64,000 bases of DNA from Pseudomonadota bacterium (GCA_021811145.1 JAJZPN010000005.1:15409-79408); one strand, 5' to 3'; positions 47,643-58,028 are shown, counted from the first letter of the stretch. Translations and numbers: made by a program. The notes: a model not told the origin generated them from the letters alone.

Positions 47643-48904
47643 CACATTCTTTTCCTCCGATTAATGAAACCAACGATTATGATCCTAACTCACTGACAGT
47701 TGATAAAGCGCGGGAGCTTATTCATCGTTACTTAACCCCTGTAGATGGCTATGAAGAGATTGCCATTTACGACGCATTACATCGCGTGACAGCTGAACAT
47801 ATCTTAGCGCCACATCATGTCCCTAATCACAATAATTCAGCCATGGACGGTTACGCCTTTAATAGCCGTGAACTCACTACACCGACTATTGAATTAACAG
47901 TAATAGGAAGTGTTTATGCAGGTCATCCCTTTACTCAATCAATCGCTCCTGGTGAAGCTGTTCGCATTATGACCGGAGCAGTGATTCCAGATGGGGTGGA
48001 TACCGTTATTATGCAAGAACAGGTTGTCCGTGAGGGAGACACTATTCGTTTTGAGAATAAACAAATTAAAGTAGGACAAAATATTCGTCTTGCCGGAGAG
48101 GACATTCAACAAGGCGCTGTCGCTGTAAAAAAAGGTCAAGTGATCACCCCCGCCCATATGGGATTAGTTGCTTCTCTTGGTATTGCAACAATCAAAGTAC
48201 ACCGCCAGTTAAAAGTCGCTTTTTTTTCTACTGGAGATGAGTTGTGTTCAGTGGGTGAAGCCCTCAAAGAAGGCCAGATTTACGATAGTAATCGTTATAG
48301 TCTAAAAGGATTACTCACCTCTTTACATGTTGAATGTAAAGACTTTGGGGTAGTTCGCGACAACCCTAATGCGCTAAAACAAGTGTTTCATGAAGCAAGT
48401 TTATGGGCAGATGTCATCGTTAGTAGTGGCGGTGTGTCTGTGGGAGATGCCGATTTTATAAAAGCACTAATGGCTGAATTAGGGCAAGTGGTATTCTGGA
48501 AAATTGCTATGAAACCAGGTCGACCTCTAGCTTACGGCAAAATCAATCAAAGCCATTTCTTTGGTTTACCAGGAAACCCGGTTGCTGTAATGGTGACTTT
48601 TTACCAATTTGTTCAACATGCTCTTCAGGTATTAGCTGGACAAGAAACGACCACTGAGTTGCCACAAGTACGCTATCGCCTTCTAGAACCCATTAAAAAA
48701 ACACCAGGTAGAATGGAGTTTCAACGCGGTATTGTGCTCAAAGACAGTAACGGTGAATGGTGCGTAAAAGCCACAGGTAATCAGAGTTCTGGGGTGTTAA
48801 GTTCGATGACCCAAGCAAATTGTTTTATTGTCTTGCCCCAAGAGTGTGGATCACTCAACAGAGGCGACTTTGTTGAGGTAGAATTATTTAACGGCATACT
48901 GTAG
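47639..48904 (+). CDS. moeA: Molybdopterin molybdenumtransferase MoeA
   Basis: NSAMDGYA, TGDEL, SGGVSVGDAD and LPGNPVA motifs. ATGA coupling to mobA. Confidence 0.9.
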   Translation: MTHSFPPINETNDYDPNSLTVDKARELIHRYLTPVDGYEEIAIYDALHRVTAEHILAPHHVPNHNNSAMDGYAFNSRELTTPTIELTVIGSVYAGHPFTQSIAPGEAVRIMTGAVIPDGVDTVIMQEQVVREGDTIRFENKQIKVGQNIRLAGEDIQQGAVAVKKGQVITPAHMGLVASLGIATIKVHRQLKVAFFSTGDELCSVGEALKEGQIYDSNRYSLKGLLTSLHVECKDFGVVRDNPNALKQVFHEASLWADVIVSSGGVSVGDADFIKALMAELGQVVFWKIAMKPGRPLAYGKINQSHFFGLPGNPVAVMVTFYQFVQHALQVLAGQETTTELPQVRYRLLEPIKKTPGRMEFQRGIVLKDSNGEWCVKATGNQSSGVLSSMTQANCFIVLPQECGSLNRGDFVEVELFNGIL

Positions 48905-48912
48905 TCATTACC

Positions 48913-49647
48913 ATGGCAAAACCACAGGACTTACCCCTTGAGTTTTTACAATTTTATCTAACTGCACCCTACCCTTGCAGTTACTTAGATAATGAGGAAG
49001 CTCGCTCCCAGGTACTAGCACCCAACAGCCCTATTAATAGTCATATTTATAGTGAGTTAGTTCGTCACGGTTTTAGACGTAGCGGCAGTTTTACTTACCG
49101 GCCACATTGTGACCAGTGCCAGGCTTGTGTTCCTGTGAGAGTCAATGTGGAAGAATTTATTTGGCGCCGTATAAACCGCAGAATCTTCAAAAAAAACCAG
49201 GATCTCACTGTTCACCATCAGCGACTGCTTTTTAAAGAAGAACACTTTCAACTCTATCTCGCTTACCAACAGGCCCGGCATCCTAAAGGGGACAGTGACA
49301 CAGATAGTAAAGAACAATATGTTCATTTTTTAATTCACTCACCCGTTAACAGTGAGCTTATCGAGTTTCGTTTAAATAACCAAATCGTTATGGTCAGTGT
49401 GATTGATTATTTAGATGACGGCATCTCTTCTGTCTATACCTTTTTTGATCCAACTCAACCAGATAGAAGCCTCGGTCAATTTAATATATTGTGGCAACTT
49501 AATCTTTGTCGAACACTCACATTACCTTGGCTATATCTTGGTTATTGGATAAAAGAGTGTCGAAAAATGAACTATAAAATCCAATTTCAACCCTTAGAGG
49601 GATTGATTGATCATCAATGGCAACCTTTAGCTTTTGCACAGGAATAA
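48913..49647 (+). CDS. bpt: Arginyl-tRNA-protein transferase family protein (bacterial Bpt-type Asp/Glu leucyltransferase)
   Basis: PCSYL...RSQV, GFRRSG...YRP.C..C..C and the ...ISSVYTFFDP... pattern of the ATE_N/ATE_C families. Confidence 0.8.
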   Translation: MAKPQDLPLEFLQFYLTAPYPCSYLDNEEARSQVLAPNSPINSHIYSELVRHGFRRSGSFTYRPHCDQCQACVPVRVNVEEFIWRRINRRIFKKNQDLTVHHQRLLFKEEHFQLYLAYQQARHPKGDSDTDSKEQYVHFLIHSPVNSELIEFRLNNQIVMVSVIDYLDDGISSVYTFFDPTQPDRSLGQFNILWQLNLCRTLTLPWLYLGYWIKECRKMNYKIQFQPLEGLIDHQWQPLAFAQE

Positions 49648-49654
49648 TGTTTTT

Positions 49655-50653
49655 ATGCTCTATCAACTAATTCGCCCTATGCTGTTTTCAATGGACCCAG
49701 AAACAGCCCATCGTGTTGCTATGATGGGCCTTAATCAAGTGGCTAAATGTGGTGCCACACATTTACACTTTTCCCATCCCACGGAGGTCATGGGTATTGG
49801 TTTCCCTAATCCCCTAGGGATTGCAGCAGGGCTTGATAAAAACGCAGAATATTTACCAGGACTCTCTTCACTGGGAGTGGGGTTTATCGAAGTGGGTACA
49901 GTCACCCCACGCCCCCAGCTAGGAAATCCAAAACCACGTATGTTTCGTTTGATTGAAGAACAGGGCATTATTAATCGATTGGGATTTAATAATACTGGCG
50001 TCGATCATTTGTTAACTAATATTGAGCGCTCACACTACAACGGTATTCTAGGCATTAACATTGGTAAAAACTTTGATACTCCCCTTGAAAAAGCTCATGA
50101 GGATTATATCTACGCACTAGAAAAAGTTTATGCCAAAGCCCACTATATTACTATTAACATATCCTCTCCCAATACCGCACAGCTCAGACAACTTCAGCTT
50201 GGTGATGAACTCGTTCATTTATTGGCTTCTCTACAAGAGAGTAGACAACGATTAGCAGAACAACATCAACGTGATGTGCCTATGGCAGTAAAAATTGCTC
50301 CAGATTTAAGCGCTGACGAAGCAAAATTAATCGCCGATCAATTAATAGCTTATGGAATGAATGCCATTATTGCTACTAATACCACCATAGATCACTCCTC
50401 TGTAAGCCATCACCCTTACGGGAAAGAGCAAGGAGGATTAAGTGGTGCCCCACTCTTTGATAAATCGCTTGCCATGGTGAGCACTCTTAAATCTCATTTG
50501 GGTAACCAATTACCTATAATTGGTGTGGGTGGTATTACCAGCAAAGAGAGAGCGCAGTCAATGCTCCAAGCAGGGGCATCATTAATTCAATTGTATAGCG
50601 GTCTGATCTATCAAGGACCTGATTTAATCAAATCAATTCTTAGTGCACTATGA
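49655..50653 (+). CDS. pyrD: Dihydroorotate dehydrogenase (quinone), class 2
   Basis: [11 protein letters not shown]...DPETAH..., [25 protein letters not shown] prefer ATG 49655 to the TTG at 49634. Confidence 0.9.
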   Translation: MLYQLIRPMLFSMDPETAHRVAMMGLNQVAKCGATHLHFSHPTEVMGIGFPNPLGIAAGLDKNAEYLPGLSSLGVGFIEVGTVTPRPQLGNPKPRMFRLIEEQGIINRLGFNNTGVDHLLTNIERSHYNGILGINIGKNFDTPLEKAHEDYIYALEKVYAKAHYITINISSPNTAQLRQLQLGDELVHLLASLQESRQRLAEQHQRDVPMAVKIAPDLSADEAKLIADQLIAYGMNAIIATNTTIDHSSVSHHPYGKEQGGLSGAPLFDKSLAMVSTLKSHLGNQLPIIGVGGITSKERAQSMLQAGASLIQLYSGLIYQGPDLIKSILSAL

Positions 50654-50880
50654 GTCTTAATTCACTTGAAAAAAAACACACTGTAGAGAATCGAGTTCAA
50701 ACAGCGTGGATTGTTGAAGAAGAATGTATCGGTTGCTTTCGCTGTATTAAAGCCTGCCCAGAAAATGCCATTGTAGGCGCCTCACGTTATATGCATACCG
50801 TCATTCAATCCTTATGCACAGGTTGTGAGGAGTGTATGGCTCCCTGCCCAGTTGATTGTATTGAAATGAAAGCACTATAA
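50650..50880 (+). CDS. Small 2x[4Fe-4S] ferredoxin, like the RnfB C-terminal domain
   Basis: 76 aa with two CxxCxxCxxxCP motifs ([12 protein letters not shown] and [12 protein letters not shown]). ATGA overlap with pyrD, 2 nt before nth. Confidence 0.8.
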   Translation: MSLNSLEKKHTVENRVQTAWIVEEECIGCFRCIKACPENAIVGASRYMHTVIQSLCTGCEECMAPCPVDCIEMKAL

Positions 50881-50882
50881 AC

Positions 50883-51515
50883 ATGAAAAAACAGTCTGTT
50901 ATTGATGTCTTTACTCGCCTAAGAGAAGCCAATCCGCATCCTAAAACAGAATTACTCTACGGTAATCACTTTCAATTATTAATGGCCGTTGTTTTATCTG
51001 CACAAGCCACAGATAAAGGGGTTAATCGTGCCACGACACCACTATTTAAATTTATCAAAAAGCCACAAGATTTACTTGATTTTGGTGAAGACAATCTAAT
51101 GCAAGCTATTTCCTCGATTGGCCTATACAAAAGCAAGGGAAAACATCTAATGGCTACAGCAGACATACTCGTTAAAGAGCACAAAGGTCAAGTGCCTGAC
51201 ACCAGAGAAGAATTAGAACGATTACCTGGGGTAGGAAGAAAAACAGCCAATGTTGTCCTTAATACAGCTTTTGGGCAACCTACTATGGCAGTGGATACCC
51301 ATATTTTTAGAGTATCTCAACGTATTGGTCTTGCCAAAGGGACAACCCCTCTTGAAATCGAAAAGAAATTATTAAAAGTCATTCCACAAGAATTCATGAT
51401 GAATGCACACCATTGGTTAATTCTGCATGGCCGTTATATCTGTACCGCACAAAAACCCAAATGTGACCAATGCTTAATTGTTGATTTATGTCGTTATGGG
51501 GCAAAACATGTTTGA
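50883..51515 (+). CDS. nth: Endonuclease III
   Basis: HhH-GPD LPGVGRKTANVVL...VDTH and the C-terminal Fe-S cluster CTAQKPKCDQCLIVDLC. Confidence 0.95.
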   Translation: MKKQSVIDVFTRLREANPHPKTELLYGNHFQLLMAVVLSAQATDKGVNRATTPLFKFIKKPQDLLDFGEDNLMQAISSIGLYKSKGKHLMATADILVKEHKGQVPDTREELERLPGVGRKTANVVLNTAFGQPTMAVDTHIFRVSQRIGLAKGTTPLEIEKKLLKVIPQEFMMNAHHWLILHGRYICTAQKPKCDQCLIVDLCRYGAKHV

Positions 51516-51960
51516 TGTATCACGAGATCAAGCGCGGCAATTCTTTTTTGATGTCAGAAAAAAAAGCCAACACTCTCTTCCGCTCACACCGCTTGAAGAT
51601 GTTGCCCTTACCATCATACAACACCACCCTGAATACCACGCTATGCTCGATGATCCGCAACGCTATCTTGATAAAGACTGGCGTAGTGAAGAGGGTATTA
51701 GCAATCCATTTTTGCATCTTGGCTTACATTTAGCCATTGAAGAACAACTCTCGATAGATCAGCCGCCAGGTATTAAAGGTCACTATGATAGGTTATGTCA
51801 TTCACTCAAAGATGAACATCAAGCACGTCATGTTCTTCTCGAGTCACTGACAGAAATGATATGGCAAGCGCAAGTGAATCAGGAACCCTTCAATAATCAA
51901 AACTATTTAGTGATTATTGAAGAGCGGATGAGACAGTTAGGTATTGAGTTTCGCCCATAA
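51508..51960 (+). CDS. DUF1841-family protein
   Basis: MFDVSRDQARQFFFDV...HPEYHAMLDD... resembles the conserved DUF1841 N-terminus. I prefer the start at 51508 (the track starts at 51478). Confidence 0.5.
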   Translation: MFDVSRDQARQFFFDVRKKSQHSLPLTPLEDVALTIIQHHPEYHAMLDDPQRYLDKDWRSEEGISNPFLHLGLHLAIEEQLSIDQPPGIKGHYDRLCHSLKDEHQARHVLLESLTEMIWQAQVNQEPFNNQNYLVIIEERMRQLGIEFRP

Positions 51961-52638
51961 ACAGGCACCTTTACTTTCTTTATCAATTTTACTTAATTGT
52001 TGTTGATGACAATCCAATTCATCAACATTGGCATAAATCACCTTTAAAGCACTGCGATCAGATCGTGTAACAACAGCGCCCTCTTCAACGCTGACCATAT
52101 GTTCATCGATAATCAATGCTTCTTGCCCCCGTGTCATAGCAAGATACACATCCCCTAACAACTTAGCGTCTAACAGTGCGCCGTGATAAGTACGATGTTT
52201 ATTATCAATACCATATCGCTCGCACAGTGCATCAAGTGTATTTCTCTTACCAGGATGCATTTCTCGCGCCAACAGTAGCGTATCTATGACATGGTGATAA
52301 TGGGTTTTAAGGGGTTGTTGTTCTACTCTGTGTAACTCGTAATCAAGAAACCCAATATCAAAAACAGCATTATGAATAACCAGTGTTGAGCCATCAATAA
52401 ATGCTAAAAACTCATCGACTATTTGAGGAAAGCGAGGTTTATCTGCTAAAAACTCAGAGGTGAGTCCATGTTTCTCTAAAGCACCAGGCTCACTATCGCG
52501 ATCGGGATTTAAATATTGATGAAAAGTTCGGCCTGTTAATTGACGATTCACTATTTCCACAAGACCAATCTCGATTACACGGTTACCCTTTGCTGTTTCA
52601 AGACCCGTTGTTTCCGTATCTAAAACCACATATCTCAT
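51937..52638 (-). CDS. dnaQ: DNA polymerase III epsilon subunit (3'-5' exonuclease)
   Basis: Exo [11 protein letters not shown], Exo [12 protein letters not shown], Exo [17 protein letters not shown]. Confidence 0.95.
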   Translation of the reverse strand: MRYVVLDTETTGLETAKGNRVIEIGLVEIVNRQLTGRTFHQYLNPDRDSEPGALEKHGLTSEFLADKPRFPQIVDEFLAFIDGSTLVIHNAVFDIGFLDYELHRVEQQPLKTHYHHVIDTLLLAREMHPGKRNTLDALCERYGIDNKHRTYHGALLDAKLLGDVYLAMTRGQEALIIDEHMVSVEEGAVVTRSDRSALKVIYANVDELDCHQQQLSKIDKESKGACLWAKLNT

Positions 52639-53072
52639 TGTGTTAACCTATCTATACCAAGATTAGCCAATTGATCAGCTTTTTCATTACCAGGATGGCC
52701 TGAGTGTCCCTTAACCCATAACCATTGCACAGTATGTTGTTGGACTAATTGATCAAGTAGTTGCCATAGATCAGCATTTTTAACCGGTTTTTTATCAGCA
52801 GTTTTCCAGCCATTTTTTTTCCAATTAAAAATCCATTGTGTCATTCCATTTTTTACATATTGTGAATCGGTATGAATGGTCACCTCACACCCTCTTTGTA
52901 AAGCTTGAAGCGCTTGAATGACTGCCATTAACTCCATACGATTATTGGTGGTGTGATTTTCTCCGCCCGACAATACTTTCTCATGACCTTGATAAGTCAA
53001 TAATGCTCCCCAGCCTCCCGGTCCGGGATTGCCACGACAGGCCCCGTCAGTATAAATCTCGACTTTATCCAT
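52635..53072 (-). CDS. rnhA: Ribonuclease HI
   Basis: [19 protein letters not shown]...NNRMEL...TDSQYV...[12 protein letters not shown]. Confidence 0.95.
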   Translation of the reverse strand: MDKVEIYTDGACRGNPGPGGWGALLTYQGHEKVLSGGENHTTNNRMELMAVIQALQALQRGCEVTIHTDSQYVKNGMTQWIFNWKKNGWKTADKKPVKNADLWQLLDQLVQQHTVQWLWVKGHSGHPGNEKADQLANLGIDRLTQ

Positions 53073-53091
53073 GATGTACTACTGATCCTTA

Positions 53092-53856
53092 TTATGTATT
53101 TTTTTGATTGGGAAAGAGTTGAACTACTTTAGAGGACATTTCCTGCTGACTTGAAGCAGACTGGACTGCAGGAACCAATACTTTCTCTTTAACACTAGAC
53201 TGCCAACGTGGTGTGATCAAACGCACTCCCTGTACGCGTTTTATAGCTTCCAGAAAATACACTCCTCCACCTACTCCCCACCACCGATCACCTGCCAACT
53301 CCATAAAACGAAAACGTTGTCGTAATTGTTCACTACGAAAAGGGGGAACATAAGCAAAGAATCTTCCCGCATTCAGTTCAAACCCTAATAATGATAACCA
53401 ATCTTTAATACGGTTTAATGAAATAAAATCACCACTCCAAGGAAAGGTTTTAGGGTGCCAAGAGAAAAACTGCCTTACTCCCCATAAACTTAAAGGATTA
53501 AAACCTGTAATAATTATTCGTCCCTCAGGCACCACTATGCGATCAATCTCTCGTAATAAGGCGTGGGGATATTGTGAAAACTCCAGTTGATGGGGCAGTA
53601 CCACAAGATCAACACTTTGGCTTGCTATGGGTAAAAACAGGGGATCAGCTTGCAATTGACACTCTTTAGAAGTCCCAATGCGAATACGATTGGGAATACG
53701 ATTAGCACGCAATGCATCAAGTCCTGGTAAACACAGTTGTAGCGCATGAAAACCAAAAATATTAGCGACAGCCTCATCCAAGATAAGCTGTTCCTGATTT
53801 AGAATATATTGTCCTAGGGTAGAATCTAACCAAGGAATCATGTGCTCTGTATTCAT
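53092..53856 (-). CDS. Class I SAM-dependent methyltransferase, YafS-like
   Basis: Size and position between rnhA and gloB match E. coli yafS. The methyltransferase fold pattern is weak (DLVVLPHQLEF...GRIIITGFNP). Confidence 0.55.
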   Translation of the reverse strand: MNTEHMIPWLDSTLGQYILNQEQLILDEAVANIFGFHALQLCLPGLDALRANRIPNRIRIGTSKECQLQADPLFLPIASQSVDLVVLPHQLEFSQYPHALLREIDRIVVPEGRIIITGFNPLSLWGVRQFFSWHPKTFPWSGDFISLNRIKDWLSLLGFELNAGRFFAYVPPFRSEQLRQRFRFMELAGDRWWGVGGGVYFLEAIKRVQGVRLITPRWQSSVKEKVLVPAVQSASSQQEMSSKVVQLFPNQKNT

Positions 53857-53886
53857 GATCTTATTTTAACGGAAAATGACACAACT

Positions 53887-54696
53887 ATGGCAACTAACAT
53901 TAACTCGTCTCTACGCATTCATGGTATTCCTGCCTTTCAGGATAATTATATTTGGGCGATAGATAATGGTCAGTATGCGCTGGTGGTTGATCCTGGTGAT
54001 GCCGAACCTGTGATAAATTATCTTAAACAATTACACCTCAATTTAAGCGCTATTCTCATTACCCACCATCATGGTGACCATACGGGTGGTATAGACGAGT
54101 TAACTCAGCACTTTGCACCTACTGTTTACGGACCAGATAAAGAACGTATTAAGGGAGTAAATGTATCTGTTAATCCGCAGGACTCTATCCATATACCGCA
54201 ACTGGATCTTGATTTTACAATCTTAGATTTCGCCGGACATACCCGAGGACATATTGGCTACTACACAGAAGGAATACTTTTTTGTGGCGACACGCTCTTT
54301 AGTGCTGGATGTGGCAGAATTTTTGAAGGCAGTGCAGCAGAGCTCTTTAGCGCACTAAATACTATCAAGCAATTACCTCAAGACACACAAATATATTGTG
54401 CTCATGAATATACGCAAAACAATCTACAGTTTGCCCTCGAGGTAGAGCCAAACAATTCAGCACTACAACATTACGCTGAACATGTTGATGAGCTACGCTT
54501 TAACAAACACTCCACGATTCCGACTCTATTGACTCAAGAGTTGCTCATCAACCCTTTTTTACGCACCGATCAAGAAAGCCTACAACAGGCTCTTCAACAG
54601 CGCTTTAGCGAAATTGATACTGATCCCTTAGCGCTATTCACCTTTTTGCGCGAATGGAAAAATATCTATCCCTCACCACCTATTAGAAACAAATAA
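53887..54696 (+). CDS. gloB: Hydroxyacylglutathione hydrolase (glyoxalase II)
   Basis: IPAFQDNYIW..., the metallo-beta-lactamase motif THHHGDHTGG, and CAHEYT. I prefer ATG 53887. Confidence 0.9.
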   Translation: MATNINSSLRIHGIPAFQDNYIWAIDNGQYALVVDPGDAEPVINYLKQLHLNLSAILITHHHGDHTGGIDELTQHFAPTVYGPDKERIKGVNVSVNPQDSIHIPQLDLDFTILDFAGHTRGHIGYYTEGILFCGDTLFSAGCGRIFEGSAAELFSALNTIKQLPQDTQIYCAHEYTQNNLQFALEVEPNNSALQHYAEHVDELRFNKHSTIPTLLTQELLINPFLRTDQESLQQALQQRFSEIDTDPLALFTFLREWKNIYPSPPIRNK

Positions 54697-55035
54697 AATT
54701 TATCCAATTTTAATATCACCTCGTAATAGAGCAATACCGGTATCCGGATGTAACAAAGAATTTAACTATGGAAATGAGAGGGTTAGAGACGGAAATATAA
54801 TTATACTGGTATCTTTCATAGCGATTAAATAAGCCAGTTCAAATGCAAAAAATACTTCTATTATTAGTTAGTACTGAAACTGCTAAAGACTTAACATTAA
54901 GTATATAAATCAGCACGCAAATTTTTATATTAGTAGCATGACCTGTACAGAACCTAAAAGATCATTACAGTCCGGCATTGCATGACAATTTGAATCAACG
55001 TAAGATAAATTTCTTTGTTATAGGGAATTCTTTAA

Positions 55036-56250
55036 TTGGAATTAAACTTTTTGCCCCAATGGCCTAGGACAGAAAACAGTTTTTTGCTTTTTGGTGCTAT
55101 CTTACTTGTTGGAATCGTTGGAGGTGAGCTTGCCCAGCGCACTAGCTTCTTGCCGAGAATCACAGGTTTCGTTGCAACGGGACTTATTCTTGGGCCCAGC
55201 ATGCTAGGCTTGCTCGATGCAAGCATGCTTACTAATGCAAAACCCTTCACAGACATCGCGCTCGGTCTCATCTTATTCCAACTCGGCATGCAGCTCGACT
55301 TCAAAGCCTTGCGTAGCGACAAAATCATAATTGTTTCAGCTCTAGTAGAAGCTATACTCTCTTTTTCACTAATCTTCTTCGTACTTAGTCTTTTTCACGT
55401 TGACTATCTGCATGCCGCCCTTGCCGCTGCAATAGGTATTTCTTCATCGCCTGCAGTGGTACTGCTCGTAATACGTGAATTCAAGGCTGATGGGCCCGTG
55501 ACTAGGCGCGCATTGGATCATGTTGCTATCAACAACGTGCTTGCTTTTTTCGCCTATACGATTTTACTTCCTTTCTTGCATTACAGACAGCAGGCTGATT
55601 GGACAACGATCTTTCTGCAACCACTATACCAAGCACTGACATCCCTCGTTCTGGCTTGGTTTCTGGCCCATGCCTGCATCCGGATTGCCCGCCTTCTGGG
55701 TAGAAACGAGAATTTACAATTTGCTCTTCTTGTGGGCTTAATAATTTCCGCAATTGGCCTCGCTAAGCTTTTCAGTTGTTCTAATCTCCTCACCTTACTC
55801 GCGCTCGGCATCATGGCGCGCAATCTCGACATCCACAACGAGCTCATGGACATCGAGTTTGGTCATGGCGGTGAAATATTTTTTGTGCTGCTCTTTGTCA
55901 TTGCAGGGGCCAACCTTCATTTGAAGGAGTTAGCTTCTGTTGGTTGGGCTGCTATTGCTTTTGTTGGCATCAGGTTTATTGGAAAGACTGCCGGCCTGCT
56001 CTTGCTGACTCCGTTCTCGCCGCTGTCTATCAAACAGTCGTCGCTTCTTAGCCTGACGCTAGTGCCGATGGCTGGGCTTGCGATAGGTTTAACTGAAGCC
56101 ACTAGCCAGCTATATCCAGAGTTTTCTAAGGAACTCTCGGCCATCATCTTGGGCTCAGTCGCTATACTTGAAACCGTTGGTCCAATTGTGACCGAATTTG
56201 CCCTAAAACGCGCTGGAGAAGTTAGTTTAGACCAGAAACTGAAGCACTAA
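55036..56250 (+). CDS. Cation:proton antiporter (CPA2 / Na+-H+ exchanger family), no KTN domain
   Basis: 404 aa, ~12 TM. N-terminus ...LLFGAILLVGIVGGELAQRTSFLPRITGFVATGLILGPSMLGLL is typical of PF00999-type exchangers. TTG start. GC is visibly higher (32/60 in line 55141). Confidence 0.75.
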   Translation: MELNFLPQWPRTENSFLLFGAILLVGIVGGELAQRTSFLPRITGFVATGLILGPSMLGLLDASMLTNAKPFTDIALGLILFQLGMQLDFKALRSDKIIIVSALVEAILSFSLIFFVLSLFHVDYLHAALAAAIGISSSPAVVLLVIREFKADGPVTRRALDHVAINNVLAFFAYTILLPFLHYRQQADWTTIFLQPLYQALTSLVLAWFLAHACIRIARLLGRNENLQFALLVGLIISAIGLAKLFSCSNLLTLLALGIMARNLDIHNELMDIEFGHGGEIFFVLLFVIAGANLHLKELASVGWAAIAFVGIRFIGKTAGLLLLTPFSPLSIKQSSLLSLTLVPMAGLAIGLTEATSQLYPEFSKELSAIILGSVAILETVGPIVTEFALKRAGEVSLDQKLKH

Positions 56251-56268
56251 ATTTCTTATGGAATTCTC

Positions 56269-56561
56269 TCACTCATTATGATGCCCAACTTCAACAACAA
56301 GAATAATGAGCTTATGATCTTTGATGTCACATGTAATGCTAACGTCGCCAACTCGATATTACCAATAGGCACCATATCGTAGTCCTCTAATTTTTTACCG
56401 AGTACTTGAGGATTTTCTGAATAGGAACTGCGCTTATCAAAACATTTAAAAATAGATCTATTATTTGACGATCCATTTTTTTTAACTGTTTAAGCTCTGT
56501 ATACGTATACTCAGCGGTCCAGTCCAAGTTCTTTCCTTACCGAGTCAGATGAATGAATCAC
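56269..56561 (-). pseudogene. RelE/ParE-family toxin pseudogene (at least 3 frameshifts)
   Basis: Hand translation gives RelE-like segments in different frames: LDWTAEYTYTELKQLKKMDRQIIDLF (frame 2), ENPQVLGKKLEDY (frame 3), and VGDVSITCDIKDHKLIILVVEVGHHNE* (frame 2). Stops separate them. An A8 run sits inside the first segment. It lies directly downstream of the intact antitoxin. Confidence 0.7.
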
Positions 56562-56564
56562 TTC

Positions 56565-56738
56565 TTACCCCTTACTAATTCGCTCCATCGTGCTATCCGC
56601 CAAATAGAAATCTTCGAGGTCTTCCAAGCCCGTTAGAATTAGCTCTATCAAATAATAAGATTTGGCACGACCTGTGATATCTGCTAAATGATCTAAACGG
56701 GCCTTAACTTCAGGATTCAAACGCACAGATATAGTCAT
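56565..56738 (-). CDS. Ribbon-helix-helix (CopG/RelB-ParD-like) antitoxin, 57 aa
   Basis: Not in the ORF track (too short). ATG 56738: MTISVRLNPEVKARLDHLADITGRAKSYYLIELILTGLEDLEDFYLADSTMERISKG*. The N-terminal beta-strand plus two helices pattern is typical of RHH antitoxins. Confidence 0.75.
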   Translation of the reverse strand: MTISVRLNPEVKARLDHLADITGRAKSYYLIELILTGLEDLEDFYLADSTMERISKG

Positions 56739-57015
56739 AAAATCCTCTAATAGACTAATTGCATTATATGTAATACATTGATTAAAACCTATAACTGAAT
56801 TTCTTAATTAATTCTTTCTTGGTCTAATTAACAGGAAAATCCGATCTGATTCCATCGATAGAATTAGCACTACCATCTTCTTTTTCTAACTTTGTAATAC
56901 TAGTATTTAAGAGAGGTAATATCATCTTGATTGTCGCTTCTTTACCCCCCCCTTCACGAACACAAAGAAGTAACTTAATATATAGTTTGTGTTCAAACTA
57001 ATTAGTGGGGTAGCT

Positions 57016-58002
57016 ATGAAAATCAAACCTCTTGGTCAACAAGGTTTACAAGTAAGTGAAATGGGTTTGGGTTGTATGGGTATGTCTGAGTTTTATGGCA
57101 AGAAAAACGATGACCAATCCATCGACACCATCCATCGTGCTCTCGATTTAGGTGTTAATTTTCTTGATACGGCTGATATGTACGGCCCGTTCATCAATGA
57201 AGAGCTCGTGGGTAAAGCAATTCGCGGAAAACGCGATCAATTTATTATCGCTACCAAATTTGCTAATGTCAGAGGGCCTAACGGTGAATTTTTAGGTGTC
57301 CGTGGTGACCCTGAATATGTTAAGCAATGTTGCGATGCGTCATTACAACGCTTGGGTATTGAGACCATTGATTTATATTATCAACACCGCGTTGACCCCA
57401 ATGTTCCTATAGAAGACACTGTGGGAGCAATGGCTGATCTTATACAAGCTGGAAAAGTACGCTATTTAGGATTATCAGAAGCGGGAGCTAGCACCATTCG
57501 TCGTGCACATCAGGTTCATCCAATTAGTGCCCTACAGACAGAATATTCACTATGGAGCCGTGATGCTGAGGATGATATTCTTCCTACAATACGAGAATTA
57601 GGTATTGGTTATGTGGCTTATAGTCCTCTTGGACGAGGATTTTTAACGGGCCAATTTAAATCTTTAAACGATTTAGATGCAGATGATTATCGTCGTCGTT
57701 CGCCACGTTTTCAGGCAGACAACTTCAATAAGAACCTCGATCTTGTCCGTGTTATCGAAAACATAGCGCAACAAAAGGGATGCACGCCTGCGCAACTTGC
57801 TATTAGTTGGGTTATGGCTCAAGGAACGGATATTGTTCCTATACCAGGTTCTAAGAGCTTAAAGCATTTAGAGGATAATATTGGCGCTGTAGCAGTCCAA
57901 TTAAGTGAGCAGGAATTAGATTTTATCAATCAACATATCCCTCAAGGGGCGGCGGTAGGAGATAGGTATGCTGCTCCACAAATGCTTGCTCTTAACCGTT
58001 AA
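57016..58002 (+). CDS. Aldo-keto reductase (Tas/YghZ-like)
   Basis: LGCMGMS...LDTADMYG...EELVGKA, ATKF, YYQHRVD, IPGSK. I prefer ATG 57016 (MKIKPLG). Confidence 0.85.
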   Translation: MKIKPLGQQGLQVSEMGLGCMGMSEFYGKKNDDQSIDTIHRALDLGVNFLDTADMYGPFINEELVGKAIRGKRDQFIIATKFANVRGPNGEFLGVRGDPEYVKQCCDASLQRLGIETIDLYYQHRVDPNVPIEDTVGAMADLIQAGKVRYLGLSEAGASTIRRAHQVHPISALQTEYSLWSRDAEDDILPTIRELGIGYVAYSPLGRGFLTGQFKSLNDLDADDYRRRSPRFQADNFNKNLDLVRVIENIAQQKGCTPAQLAISWVMAQGTDIVPIPGSKSLKHLEDNIGAVAVQLSEQELDFINQHIPQGAAVGDRYAAPQMLALNR

Positions 58003-58028
58003 TTAATTCTTTTTGTCTAAAAATAATA

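Noticed and set aside
51488-51733. Track ORFs 51488..51733 (+) and 51520..51717 (-)
   Set aside because: They are alternative or antisense frames of the DUF1841 gene. The DUF1841 frame carries the conserved HPEYH-type segment.
55032-56147. Minus-strand ORFs 55032..55328, 55529..55753, 55581..55853 and 55917..56147
   Set aside because: They are antisense shadows of the GC-elevated antiporter gene, where higher GC reduces stop codons. No motifs are present.
56739-56800. Operator palindrome upstream of the RHH antitoxin
   Set aside because: I found only loose direct-repeat-like elements (caatgtatt / taatgcaatt) around a TATAAT. There is no clean inverted repeat, so no site was called.
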